Shown here one piece after another: positions 1 to 9,233 of a stretch of DNA of 64,000 bases; within the stretch, counting starts at the first letter, position 1; every line of letters begins with the position of its first letter. The notes below the pieces were generated by a model. It was given only the letters and a program-made list of their open reading frames with translations. It did no database searches and was not told the DNA's origin. The position numbers were made by a program, and so were the translations under genes. Origin of the DNA: an archaeon (GTDB lineage: Archaea > Iainarchaeota > Iainarchaeia > Iainarchaeales > JANQMZ01); the NCBI GenBank assembly GCA_028279805.1, contig JANQMZ010000007.1, forward strand, positions 409,092-473,091, written 5' to 3'.

Positions 1-14
1 TAAGATTTTATGGT

Positions 15-1391
15 TTGGGAGAACAAAGTTTTTGGTTGGATGAGGCAATAACCACAAATGCAGCAAAAGCATTAATTGAAACTGGAACTCCGACATTTGA
101 TTCAGGGCATGTTTATAATCAAAGAATTCTGAATACTTTTTTAATCGGATTATCAATGCAATTTTTTGGTTTTAATGAAATGGCTGCAAGAATTCCCGCA
201 GTTTTGTTTGGCTTATTGACAATATTAATTGTTTATTTTTTTGTTAAAAGCATTTCAAATGAAAAACTGGCTTTAATGTCAGGCTTTTTTGTAACATTTG
301 TAACATTGTTTATTGGCTGGTCAAGGCAGGCCAGAATGTATCAGCAATTGCAGTTTTTTTATCTGGCTTCACTTTTTCTGTTTTACAAGTATACTGAAAC
401 AAAAAAACCGGAATATTTGATTTTAACAATTTTAAGTACAATAGCAGCAATTTTTTCGCATGAATTTGCTTATTTGCTTTTGATAATTTATGCTTTTTAT
501 TTTGTCATAATAAAAGGAATTGAATGGCATAAAAAGAGGAGATTAAAATTAGAATTAAAACCGGTTTTGATTGCCGGAATTCTTTTGGCTGGATTGTTTT
601 TTCTTGGTTTGAATCAGGCAATTGAATATGTTTTACAGAACAGGGTTAACTATTTCTGGATTTATTTAAATTATTTGCATAATGAATTTTTTGTATTTTT
701 TTACTTAAGTCTGACCGGAATGGTTATTGCTTTAAGGGAAAAAATTAAAACAAGTTTAATGGTTTTGGCATTTATTATTCCTTTTGTTGTTTTATCAAGC
801 TCTGTGTTGTTGTTACATTTTCGTTACCTGTTTTTTATTTTGCCTTTAATGTTTGTTTTTTCAGCTTATTCAATTTTTTATTTTTATGAATTGTTAAAAA
901 ACAAGTTTGATTTAAAAATTGCAAAAATTTTTGGAATAATTGTTTTTGTTTTAATTGTTTTTGCTTCAAATGCTTTTACTTTTGTTCCTCAAAATGAATA
1001 TTATTTGGACAGATTTTCTCCCCAGCCGGATTTTAAAAAAGCTTATTCTTTTCTGGAAGAAAACAATGCTCAAATTGTGATTGATTCGTGGCCTGCTGTT
1101 GGAAAGCATTTCAGGGGAAAATCAGATTACTGGATTTATTTTAACATTACCGGCGTAAAAAAAGACCTTTTAATTGATGATTCTCATGAAATTTATGCAA
1201 ATGCTGTTGCTTTGAGAGATAAAAAAGAATTAGAAGAATTTTTGGAACAGGATGAAAAAGTGTGGCTTTTGATGGATAATACTGCATGGATTAAGTTGTC
1301 GCCGGAGCAAAAAAATGTTATTCAGAATCAAATGGTGGAAATTAAAGAATTTGTTAATGACAAGTTCTGGATTAAAATTTATTCAACGTGA
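15..1391 (+). CDS. GT-C family integral membrane glycosyltransferase (PMT_2/ArnT-like). Probably 5'-partial: the frame is open to the window edge and the track start is TTG.
   Basis: Multi-TM protein. It has an early-loop 'WLDEA' DE motif and an 'ARIPAVLFGLLTILIVYFF' segment typical of PMT/ArnT-type GT-C enzymes. Confidence 0.6.
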   Translation: MGEQSFWLDEAITTNAAKALIETGTPTFDSGHVYNQRILNTFLIGLSMQFFGFNEMAARIPAVLFGLLTILIVYFFVKSISNEKLALMSGFFVTFVTLFIGWSRQARMYQQLQFFYLASLFLFYKYTETKKPEYLILTILSTIAAIFSHEFAYLLLIIYAFYFVIIKGIEWHKKRRLKLELKPVLIAGILLAGLFFLGLNQAIEYVLQNRVNYFWIYLNYLHNEFFVFFYLSLTGMVIALREKIKTSLMVLAFIIPFVVLSSSVLLLHFRYLFFILPLMFVFSAYSIFYFYELLKNKFDLKIAKIFGIIVFVLIVFASNAFTFVPQNEYYLDRFSPQPDFKKAYSFLEENNAQIVIDSWPAVGKHFRGKSDYWIYFNITGVKKDLLIDDSHEIYANAVALRDKKELEEFLEQDEKVWLLMDNTAWIKLSPEQKNVIQNQMVEIKEFVNDKFWIKIYST

Positions 1392-3325
1392 TTAAAATGA
1401 AACAAACAATGAAAGAAACAATAAAACTGTTATTGCCGGCTTTAATTATTTTTTATTTTTTTGTTTTAATTGCAAGAAATTTTAACCCTTTTTTATTGCC
1501 AAACATTGAGGACAGAATTTTTTTAGCTTTAATTCCGACACTTTTTTTGTTTGTAATAATTTATTTGCCTGAATATATTGCAAAAAGCCGGAGTAAAATT
1601 GTTAACAATGTTTTAAATTTTCTGAAAAAAGTTCAGCAAAATAAACAATTAAAAACAGTTGTTACAAATTTTTTCTTTTTTCTTTTGCTGGTGCTTTTAG
1701 TTGATGCTTATTTTTTGTTTTTGGAATCTTTTACAGTTATTCTGGCAATAATTACCGCTTTTTTAGGAATAATTACTTTCTGGTTAAACAAGCATTTGCT
1801 GGCTACAGAGCATGAATGGATTGTTGATGACAGGATTTATAAAATTGGCTTTATTGCAATTATTTTGCTGAATTTGTTTTTCACTTTTAACGGTTTTACT
1901 GATATCAGCATTAATCCTGATGCACAGCAATGGTTAGGACGCGGAGTTAATTATTTTTCTTATTTTTTCGGAGAACAAATTCAACAGGAACTGATTTCCT
2001 TTTATGATTTGGATTTTTGGGAGCTAACCAATACTCCTGGTTTAACAAGTGCTTTTTTAGTTGGTTTGAGCTTGTATTTGTCTTATTTGTTTAATTTTTC
2101 AACTGACCCTGTTTTTGTTGCAAGATTGCCTTTTGCTTTATTGTCAATTGTTTTTATTATTGTGTTTTATTTTTTAAGCCAGAAATTTGTTGATAAAAAA
2201 ACAAGTTTTTTTGCAACAGTTTTTTTGTCATTATCTCCTTTTTTTCAGTTTTTAAGCAGGGAAATTCATCTGGATTTTTTACTGGGTTTTTTTATTTTTT
2301 TAACAGTGTACTTTTATTATGCTTACCAGGAAAAACATGACAACAAGAATTTGATTTTATTTTCATTATTTTTTGGACTGGCGATTTTAACAAAAGTTAC
2401 CGCGTTATTTTTAGTGCCATTAATTGGTTTTATTGAAATTACAAAAATTTCAAAAACAAAAAAAATCAACCTAAAACACTATTTTATTGCAGCTTTTGTG
2501 GTTTTGGGCCTGATTGTTGCCGCCTGGCCGGGTTTAATTCAGAATCCTGTTGAAAAAAGCCTTGATTTGGTTGGTTACACCGGGGACATTTCCACCTCCC
2601 AAACTCACAGAGGTTTTTGGTTCGGAACACTTGGCTCTTTGCCGTTTTATTATTATGCTTTTATTTTGCTGATAAAACTGCCTTTGATTTTTTTAGCGTT
2701 TTTGTTACTGGGTTCTTTGCGTTCTTTGAAAAAAAATTATTTTTTAATTCCGGCATTGTTTATGATTTTAACTTCAATCAGCACCAAAATGGCTGACCGT
2801 TATCTGATAACCGTGTGGCCTTTTTTGCTTTTAATAATAGGAACAGGGTTTGTGACATTAACAGAATTTATTCGTGCAAGATTTAATTTAAAAATGGCAA
2901 AAATGTTAATGGCTTTAACACTTGTTTTTGTTTTGTTAAATATTTTAATTGTTGTGCCAAATTACGGATTGTATTATAATTCTTTAATCGGCAAAACGGA
3001 AAATGCTCAGAATTATATCAGGTTCGGCTGGGGAGAAGATTCAAAAAAAGCTGCAGAATTTGTAAATGAAAAATATGGCAATGCAAGCATTGCGGCTTTT
3101 ACTTATTCTTATGATACAGGTTATTATTCTCATGGAAATACAATAGCTGCGCTGCATCCTGGCTGGGAAGACCAGGATTTATTGCTGGTTTCAGTTTCCA
3201 AAAGGGTTTTATTGCATGAAAATCATCCTGTGCAGAAAATAATAAATGAAAATGAGCCGATTGATGTTATTTTTGTTCAGGGAATTCCTATGACAGAAGT
3301 TTATGATTTAAAAAATATTAATTAG
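1388..3325 (+). CDS. Second GT-C-type membrane glycosyltransferase, with a C-terminal soluble domain.
   Basis: About 14 predicted TM helices and a 'VDDRIY' acidic motif. It overlaps the upstream gene by 4 nt (ATGA), which suggests an operon. Confidence 0.5.
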   Translation: MIKMKQTMKETIKLLLPALIIFYFFVLIARNFNPFLLPNIEDRIFLALIPTLFLFVIIYLPEYIAKSRSKIVNNVLNFLKKVQQNKQLKTVVTNFFFFLLLVLLVDAYFLFLESFTVILAIITAFLGIITFWLNKHLLATEHEWIVDDRIYKIGFIAIILLNLFFTFNGFTDISINPDAQQWLGRGVNYFSYFFGEQIQQELISFYDLDFWELTNTPGLTSAFLVGLSLYLSYLFNFSTDPVFVARLPFALLSIVFIIVFYFLSQKFVDKKTSFFATVFLSLSPFFQFLSREIHLDFLLGFFIFLTVYFYYAYQEKHDNKNLILFSLFFGLAILTKVTALFLVPLIGFIEITKISKTKKINLKHYFIAAFVVLGLIVAAWPGLIQNPVEKSLDLVGYTGDISTSQTHRGFWFGTLGSLPFYYYAFILLIKLPLIFLAFLLLGSLRSLKKNYFLIPALFMILTSISTKMADRYLITVWPFLLLIIGTGFVTLTEFIRARFNLKMAKMLMALTLVFVLLNILIVVPNYGLYYNSLIGKTENAQNYIRFGWGEDSKKAAEFVNEKYGNASIAAFTYSYDTGYYSHGNTIAALHPGWEDQDLLLVSVSKRVLLHENHPVQKIINENEPIDVIFVQGIPMTEVYDLKNIN

Positions 3326-4085
3326 ATTTGATTTGCATAAAAGGAATTGTTCCCAATGCTCTGTAAATCAGTCCAACAAAATGTAAAATAAATGAAGCTA
3401 AAACAGCCTGCTCAATACTAATTGCAAAAAGCATTCCGAACTGAATAAATAAAAATTCCCTTATTCCCAGACCACTGAATGATATTGGCAAAACTGTTAA
3501 AATTATTACAACAGGAACCAGTAAGAGCAGAAAAAAATAATTAATTTCTATTCCGACTGCCAAAAAAGAAATCTGGTAAGTGAATGCAACCAAAAACAAA
3601 TACAATAAAGCAAAAATTGAATGTTTAAATAATTCTTTTTTTGAAACAAATGCCTGTTTTAAAAAAGAAAATTTTCCGAAAAAATTTTCAAACAAATAAA
3701 ACAATTGAATGGATATAAATACAAATATTAAAATTAAAGGAATTAAAAACAAAAAATCAAAATCAAAATAATACAATAAAAAGGCGATAAAACCGGCTTC
3801 TAAATACCATAAAAAGGAAAAAACCCTGTCAATCATTGAGGACAAAAAAGCGTCTTTTTTGTTTTTATGGGAAACAGCCTTATAACTTTCACTTCCCAAT
3901 GCTCCTAAAAAAAACAAATTAACAAAATCAGCTGCCCAGTAAAGTTTTAATAATTTCTTGAATTCAATCGGGTTTGATTTGTTTAAAAAAATATGCCATT
4001 TTTTTGACATTAAAAAAAGTTTTGGAAAAATAAGAACAAACAAAAAAACCAAAAATAAAGGGTTAACATTTTGAATGTTTGCCAA
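3318..4085 (-). CDS. Flippase-like / lysylphosphatidylglycerol-synthase-like TM protein (UPF0104 family).
   Basis: Polytopic membrane protein with an 'LGALGSESYKAVS' motif, sitting inside the glycosylation cluster. The true start may lie upstream in the 4086-4190 gap. Confidence 0.4.
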   Translation of the reverse strand: MANIQNVNPLFLVFLFVLIFPKLFLMSKKWHIFLNKSNPIEFKKLLKLYWAADFVNLFFLGALGSESYKAVSHKNKKDAFLSSMIDRVFSFLWYLEAGFIAFLLYYFDFDFLFLIPLILIFVFISIQLFYLFENFFGKFSFLKQAFVSKKELFKHSIFALLYLFLVAFTYQISFLAVGIEINYFFLLLLVPVVIILTVLPISFSGLGIREFLFIQFGMLFAISIEQAVLASFILHFVGLIYRALGTIPFMQIKSN

Positions 4086-4194
4086 AAATTCGTCTAAATT
4101 AATCTGGTTAAAAACCAGCCATAAAATTGAAAAACTGAAAATTATTTTAATCCAGAAAGAATTTTTTTTAAAAAAATCAATAAATTTTTGAATG

Positions 4195-5418
4195 CTACCA
4201 CCTTTGAATCAGTTTTTTAAAATATTTTTCAGCATACCATGCAACAATAAACTGCGGAATTAATCTTGATTTTTTAAAAAACTGCAACAAGTTCCAGAAA
4301 ATTTTATTAAACAATGTTTTTGTTTCAGTTTTTTTCTTAACTTTTTCAAAATTTTTCAAAGCAAAATTTTCAGCAAACTTTCTCGGAAAATCTTTTGAGT
4401 TTTCACATAATTTTAACATTTTTTGAATTCTTTTGCTTAAATAAGCAAAATACATGCTTTCTATTTTATGTTTTGATACTCCGGTAAAATCTATTGCATT
4501 TCCCAGCCTTCCGCCACAATTTGAAACAAAAAATGGCACACTTAAAATTTTTCTTTTATGTAAAATTTTTTCAGCTTTCCAGGTAACAGGACTGTTGGAA
4601 CCGGGGCAAACAATTTTTGCTTTTATTTTTGAAGCATTTTTTTCATTAATTGAATAACCTCGGCCGCACGGAACAACCATGTCGCATTTTAATTCTAATA
4701 ATTTCAATAACGGAATTTTTTTCCAGTTTCCTTTTTGCAAAACAAATTTGTTTCCGTGTTTTTTTTGAAGTTGTAAAATTTTTTCAATATCTAAACCGTT
4801 TTCATTGTAAATGGCTCCATGATGAGTTGATAAGGCAATTATTTTTGAACCTTTTTTGTGAAAAAGTTTTGCTGCATTTAATCCAACACTTCCAAATCCT
4901 TCAATTGCAACTGAAGCATTTTCCAGTTCAATATTTTTCAGTTTGGCTGATTCAATTGCTGCAATAAAAACAGATAAAGCGGTAAAATAACCAGAAATTC
5001 CTTTTGTTCTTTTAACGCTTTTTTCTCCAATTGCGTGCATTGTTGAGTCTACTTCCTTTTGGCTTGTGTTCATATCTGCGCCAATGCCGTAAACACGCTT
5101 TTTAACAAGAGGTTTTGCTATTTCCGCAAAACGTTTTAACAAAAACATTTTTTTTTCTTTTGAAATTTTTTCAATGTCTGCAACAATTGCAGATTTTGCT
5201 CCACCTTTGGGCAAACCCAAAAATCCGCTTTTTAAAGTCATTCCTCTGGCCAAATCCTTAACTTCATCAAGGTTGGCATCTTTTATCATTCTCAAGCCGC
5301 CGGCACTTTGGCTGTTAACAGATGAATCAATTACAATGAATCCTTTTAATCCTGCAGAAGAGTCCTGAATTAAACAATACAATTGTCCGTCTAATGATTT
5401 AAATACCGGGTCAGTCAT
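4195..5418 (-). CDS. Glu/Leu/Phe/Val (ELFV) amino-acid dehydrogenase family protein, divergent, with a C-terminal extension of about 100 aa.
   Basis: 'GGLRM', catalytic-lysine region 'LPKGGAKSAIV' and the Rossmann motif 'GFGSVG'. Confidence 0.6.
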   Translation of the reverse strand: MTDPVFKSLDGQLYCLIQDSSAGLKGFIVIDSSVNSQSAGGLRMIKDANLDEVKDLARGMTLKSGFLGLPKGGAKSAIVADIEKISKEKKMFLLKRFAEIAKPLVKKRVYGIGADMNTSQKEVDSTMHAIGEKSVKRTKGISGYFTALSVFIAAIESAKLKNIELENASVAIEGFGSVGLNAAKLFHKKGSKIIALSTHHGAIYNENGLDIEKILQLQKKHGNKFVLQKGNWKKIPLLKLLELKCDMVVPCGRGYSINEKNASKIKAKIVCPGSNSPVTWKAEKILHKRKILSVPFFVSNCGGRLGNAIDFTGVSKHKIESMYFAYLSKRIQKMLKLCENSKDFPRKFAENFALKNFEKVKKKTETKTLFNKIFWNLLQFFKKSRLIPQFIVAWYAEKYFKKLIQRW

Positions 5419-6698
5419 TTTTTCACCTTTGAACGCACAGTGCGATATTTTCCTGTTTTTTCTCTTGGAATTTTTTCAACAATATCAATAATTAAATCCG
5501 TTTCATTATTAACCCTTTTTAAAATTTTTTTTCGGATGTCTTTTTCTGATTTTTTTGAGAATTCCTTGGTTGTTCTTATTTTTATTCTTATCAGGTTTTT
5601 TTTCTCCTGAATTATTTGATATTGTTTTACTCCTAAAGCATCTTCAAGAATAAAAGTTAAGGAATAAGGGGAAATAATTTTGCCTGAAGGGAGCAAAATA
5701 AAATCGGTGGATCTTCCGATTAAAACACCCATTAATGGGAAGGATCTGCCGCAAGAACATTTTTCGTCCAACGGTTTTCCTACATCGCCAACAGTATAAC
5801 GGATTAAAGGCATTGCTTTATTGTAAAGTGTTGTGCAAACAATTTCCCCTTCCTGGTTTGCATTAACATGTTTGCTGTTTTTAACAAATTCAACAAAAAA
5901 AGAATCAGAATTAATATGATAATGTTTTCTTTCTTTGCACTGCCAGCTGATTTCCTTTAATTCAACCAGACCATAAATATCATAAAGAGGTGCATTAAAA
6001 ATCTTTTCAATTAATTTTCTTTGTTTTAATGATAACATTTCAGCTGTTGAGAAAAGCATTTTTGGTTTAACATAATTAATATTGTTTTTTTCAAGAAACT
6101 CAGCTATTTTGAAAAGAAATGAAGGCATTGATTCAATTATGGTAGGCTTAAAATGTTTATAGAAAAAAACTGGCTCTTCCAAATTTTCAAAAATTGAAAA
6201 ATGTTTAAGCCTCGAAAGCTTGTCCATTAATGAAAATTTTTGTTTTTCTCCTCTGCCCTTTTTTTTACCGGTAGCAGCACTAATTACCGCTATTTTATCA
6301 AAAACACTTAAACCGCACGCCCTCCTTGTTCTAAGCTTTAACAAATATTTTCCATAAATCCATGAATCTCTGTCAAAAAACGATTCAACCGGTTCACCTG
6401 TTGAGCCGGTGGTTTTTCCCTTATGCAATTCATTTAATGAATAATTTTGAGAAATAACTGGAAAATTTTTTCTCAATTCTTCTTTTGTTGTAACCGGAAT
6501 TTTCAACATGTCTTTTTTTGTTTTAATGTCATTCGGGGTTATGCCTGCTTTTTGAAATTTTTTTCTGTAAAAAGGAACGGTTTCATAAGCATGATTTAAA
6601 ATTTGTTTTAATTTTTTCCACTGCAGTTCTTCCAGTTCTTCCGGTTTTAGCCACTGGTTTCTGCTTAACTTATAATATTGCCACAAATGCTTAATCAT
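5415..6698 (-). CDS. CapK/PaaK-like adenylate-forming enzyme (phenylacetate-CoA ligase / coenzyme F390 synthetase family).
   Basis: N-terminal 'VPFYRKKFQKAGITPNDIKTKKDMLKIPVTTKEELR' is typical of the family. Its start overlaps the ELFV dehydrogenase gene. Confidence 0.65.
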   Translation of the reverse strand: MIKHLWQYYKLSRNQWLKPEELEELQWKKLKQILNHAYETVPFYRKKFQKAGITPNDIKTKKDMLKIPVTTKEELRKNFPVISQNYSLNELHKGKTTGSTGEPVESFFDRDSWIYGKYLLKLRTRRACGLSVFDKIAVISAATGKKKGRGEKQKFSLMDKLSRLKHFSIFENLEEPVFFYKHFKPTIIESMPSFLFKIAEFLEKNNINYVKPKMLFSTAEMLSLKQRKLIEKIFNAPLYDIYGLVELKEISWQCKERKHYHINSDSFFVEFVKNSKHVNANQEGEIVCTTLYNKAMPLIRYTVGDVGKPLDEKCSCGRSFPLMGVLIGRSTDFILLPSGKIISPYSLTFILEDALGVKQYQIIQEKKNLIRIKIRTTKEFSKKSEKDIRKKILKRVNNETDLIIDIVEKIPREKTGKYRTVRSKVKK

Positions 6699-7807
6699 TT
6701 TTTCACCTGAGAATAAACTTGCAAATATTTTTTGGACACGTTTTGCCAGGACATTTTTTCAGCAAGCTTTCTTGAATTATTTGAATGTCTTTGCAACAAA
6801 GCAGAATTTTCAATGTATTTTAAAAGAGCTTTTTCAATTTGCTTTGAATTCTGCTTTTCAACAATAAAGCCGTTATTATGAATTAATTCTGCCGCACCGG
6901 TTTTTGTTGTAATTACTGGCAAGCCGGAAGCTAATGCTTCCTGTGTAACATTAGCCAAAGCTTCTTCAATTGAAGGCAGGACAAAAACGCTTGATTGTGA
7001 ATAAATTTTATGAATATTTTTATGTTCAACCATTCCGGTAAAGTTAACATTTTTTGAAATGTTGTTTTGTTTGCAAAATTTTTTTAATTCAGATTCCTGC
7101 GGGCCTGAACCAACAATTGTTAGTTTAATATTTGAATGTTTTTGTAAAACATTTTTGAATGCTTCAAGTAAAAAAATTAATCCTTTTCTTTCAATTAATC
7201 TCCCGACAAATAAAACATTAAAATCTTTTTTCCTGCCCGGAGTAAATTCTTTTGAATCAATTCCGTTGTAAATTACTTCAATTTTTTTGTTTGAAGTATT
7301 GCGGGCTAATTTTTTTAAGTCATTGCTGACAGCAGTAACTGTTTTTGCATTATTCCAGACTATTTTTGATAAAGGTTTGAACAAAATTTTGTCCAAAAAT
7401 TTTAATCTTGGATTGTAGCCTGGAACATCTGAACCTCGCAATGCTACAATGTAAGGAACTTGTTTTCTCAGTAAAAAACCGATAATGCCTGAAGGCCAGC
7501 CGAACCAGCAATGGCACAAATCATATTCTTTTTCTTTAACCAGTTTTTTAGCCAAAAAGAAGGCTTTTAGAGTGTATTTTGCTATTTCAAGTATTTTCCA
7601 GTAATGAAATTGTTTTTTGCCAACATCCAACTTATACATAATAATGTTGTTTGAAAATTTTTCCTGCTTAAATTTGTCAGGGCTTGAAGTAATCAAATCA
7701 ATCTGCAAGTTTTTTGATTTTGCAAATTCTTTCAATAAGTAAAAATTTGCGTTGGCAGCGCCCCCCCCTACGGGGGGAAACTCATAGTTGAGCATTAAAA
7801 TTTTCAT
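6695..7807 (-). CDS. Glycosyltransferase family 4 (GT-B fold).
   Basis: N-terminal 'MKILMLNYEFPPVGGGAANA' and a C-terminal 'EALASGLPVI' type motif. Confidence 0.8.
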   Translation of the reverse strand: MKILMLNYEFPPVGGGAANANFYLLKEFAKSKNLQIDLITSSPDKFKQEKFSNNIIMYKLDVGKKQFHYWKILEIAKYTLKAFFLAKKLVKEKEYDLCHCWFGWPSGIIGFLLRKQVPYIVALRGSDVPGYNPRLKFLDKILFKPLSKIVWNNAKTVTAVSNDLKKLARNTSNKKIEVIYNGIDSKEFTPGRKKDFNVLFVGRLIERKGLIFLLEAFKNVLQKHSNIKLTIVGSGPQESELKKFCKQNNISKNVNFTGMVEHKNIHKIYSQSSVFVLPSIEEALANVTQEALASGLPVITTKTGAAELIHNNGFIVEKQNSKQIEKALLKYIENSALLQRHSNNSRKLAEKMSWQNVSKKYLQVYSQVKK

Positions 7808-7815
7808 AAAAGCAA

Positions 7816-8763
7816 CTATAAAATTTTTTCAATCGAATAAGGTTTTTGTTTTTTTGTTTGAAAATAATTTTTAATAATAATATCAGCCAAAAAACCAAAA
7901 ATTATGAATTGTATTCCGATTATAACCATTAAAATTGCCAAAAACAAAATTGGCCTGTTAGCCAAACCAATTCCTAAAAAAATTCTTTGATAAGACAAAT
8001 ATAATCCGAGCAATGTTCCAAGAATTAGTACAGGCAATCCTATTCCTCCAAACAAATGCAAGGGCCTTGTTGCATATTGTGACCAGAATTTAATATTTAG
8101 CAAGTCAAGAAAGCCTTTGTATAATCTTAAAAGGCCATATTTTGTTTTTCCAAATTTTCTCGGCCTGTGATTGACTTTTGTTTCTCCGACTTTGAATCCT
8201 TTCCAGGCAACCAATGCAGGAATAAATCTGTGAATTTCTCCGAATAATTCAGCGTCTTCCAGTGTTTCTCTCCGGTAAGCTTTCAGGGAACAGCCTGAAT
8301 CATGGATTTGCAAGCCTGTCAAACGTTTATGAAGCCAGTTGGATAATAATGATGGTAATTTTTTTGTTGTGGGATCTTTTCTGTCAGCCCTCCAGCCGCT
8401 TACAACATCAAACCCTTTACTCATTTTGCTTAAAAGTTTTGGAATGTCTTTTGGATCGTTTTGCAAGTCACCATCCATTGTAATAATTGTTTTTCCTTTT
8501 GAATTGTCAAAACCTGCTTTCATTGCAGCTGTTTGTCCAAAATTTTTTCTGAATTTAATTATTTTAACAATAGAATTTTGTTTTTTTAATTTTAATAATT
8601 CATTAAAAGTGTTATCGGTTGAACCGTCGTCAACAAAAATTATTTCACTTTTTATTTTTAAGTTTTTTAATGTTTGATTTAATTCTTTGAATAAAATTGA
8701 AACATTTTCCTGTTCGTTGTAAAAAGGAACAACAATTGATAAATCCATTTTGAATCCCTGCAA
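7816..8763 (-). CDS. GT2 polyprenol/dolichol-phosphate sugar synthase (DPM1/GtrB/ArnC-like) with a C-terminal TM anchor.
   Basis: 'SIVVPFYNEQEN', 'FVDDGSTDNT' and 'TMDGDLQNDP' motifs, plus two C-terminal TM helices. Confidence 0.8.
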   Translation of the reverse strand: MQGFKMDLSIVVPFYNEQENVSILFKELNQTLKNLKIKSEIIFVDDGSTDNTFNELLKLKKQNSIVKIIKFRKNFGQTAAMKAGFDNSKGKTIITMDGDLQNDPKDIPKLLSKMSKGFDVVSGWRADRKDPTTKKLPSLLSNWLHKRLTGLQIHDSGCSLKAYRRETLEDAELFGEIHRFIPALVAWKGFKVGETKVNHRPRKFGKTKYGLLRLYKGFLDLLNIKFWSQYATRPLHLFGGIGLPVLILGTLLGLYLSYQRIFLGIGLANRPILFLAILMVIIGIQFIIFGFLADIIIKNYFQTKKQKPYSIEKIL

Positions 8764-8821
8764 AAAAGAATATATAAAATTCCCTGATAAAAGTATATAA
8801 AAAACACTTGGATGAAAAAAA

Positions 8822-9157
8822 ATGCTTGAAAAATATTCAAAGGAAATAACGCAGTTTTTTGCATTGTTTCTGGTGATATCAGCGGGAATAATTGTTTATT
8901 TGTGGAACCAGCCTTTATTGTTTCCCGGTTTAATTGAAAGATTATTGGTTTTATTGTTTTTTTCAGGGGTTTTGGCTTTGCTGGTTAATTTGAAAAAAAC
9001 CAATGTAAAAAAATTAACAGAAAAACTGTTTAAAGCCAGTTTTTTGGGTTTTTTCATTGTTTTAATTGCCGGATTATTCTGGTTTATCGGCTTGGAAATT
9101 TTGTTATTTTTGGCTGCAATTGTTGCTTTTTTTGGAATTGTTTCAAGGCTTTTTTAG
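8822..9157 (+). CDS. Small polytopic membrane protein, possibly a GtrA-like partner of the divergent GT2.
   Basis: 111 aa with 3-4 TM helices. It is divergent from the GtrB-like gene. Confidence 0.3.
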   Translation: MLEKYSKEITQFFALFLVISAGIIVYLWNQPLLFPGLIERLLVLLFFSGVLALLVNLKKTNVKKLTEKLFKASFLGFFIVLIAGLFWFIGLEILLFLAAIVAFFGIVSRLF

Positions 9158-9233
9158 TGTTTTAAACGTCAAGGAACAGTATTTAAAATGTACGCCAAAA
9201 AAATTAATTATACTCAATAAGGCAGTGAAAATA

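Noticed and set aside
4454-4967. Plus-strand ORFs 4454-4657 and 4650-4967.
   Set aside because: They lie inside and antisense to the ELFV dehydrogenase gene.
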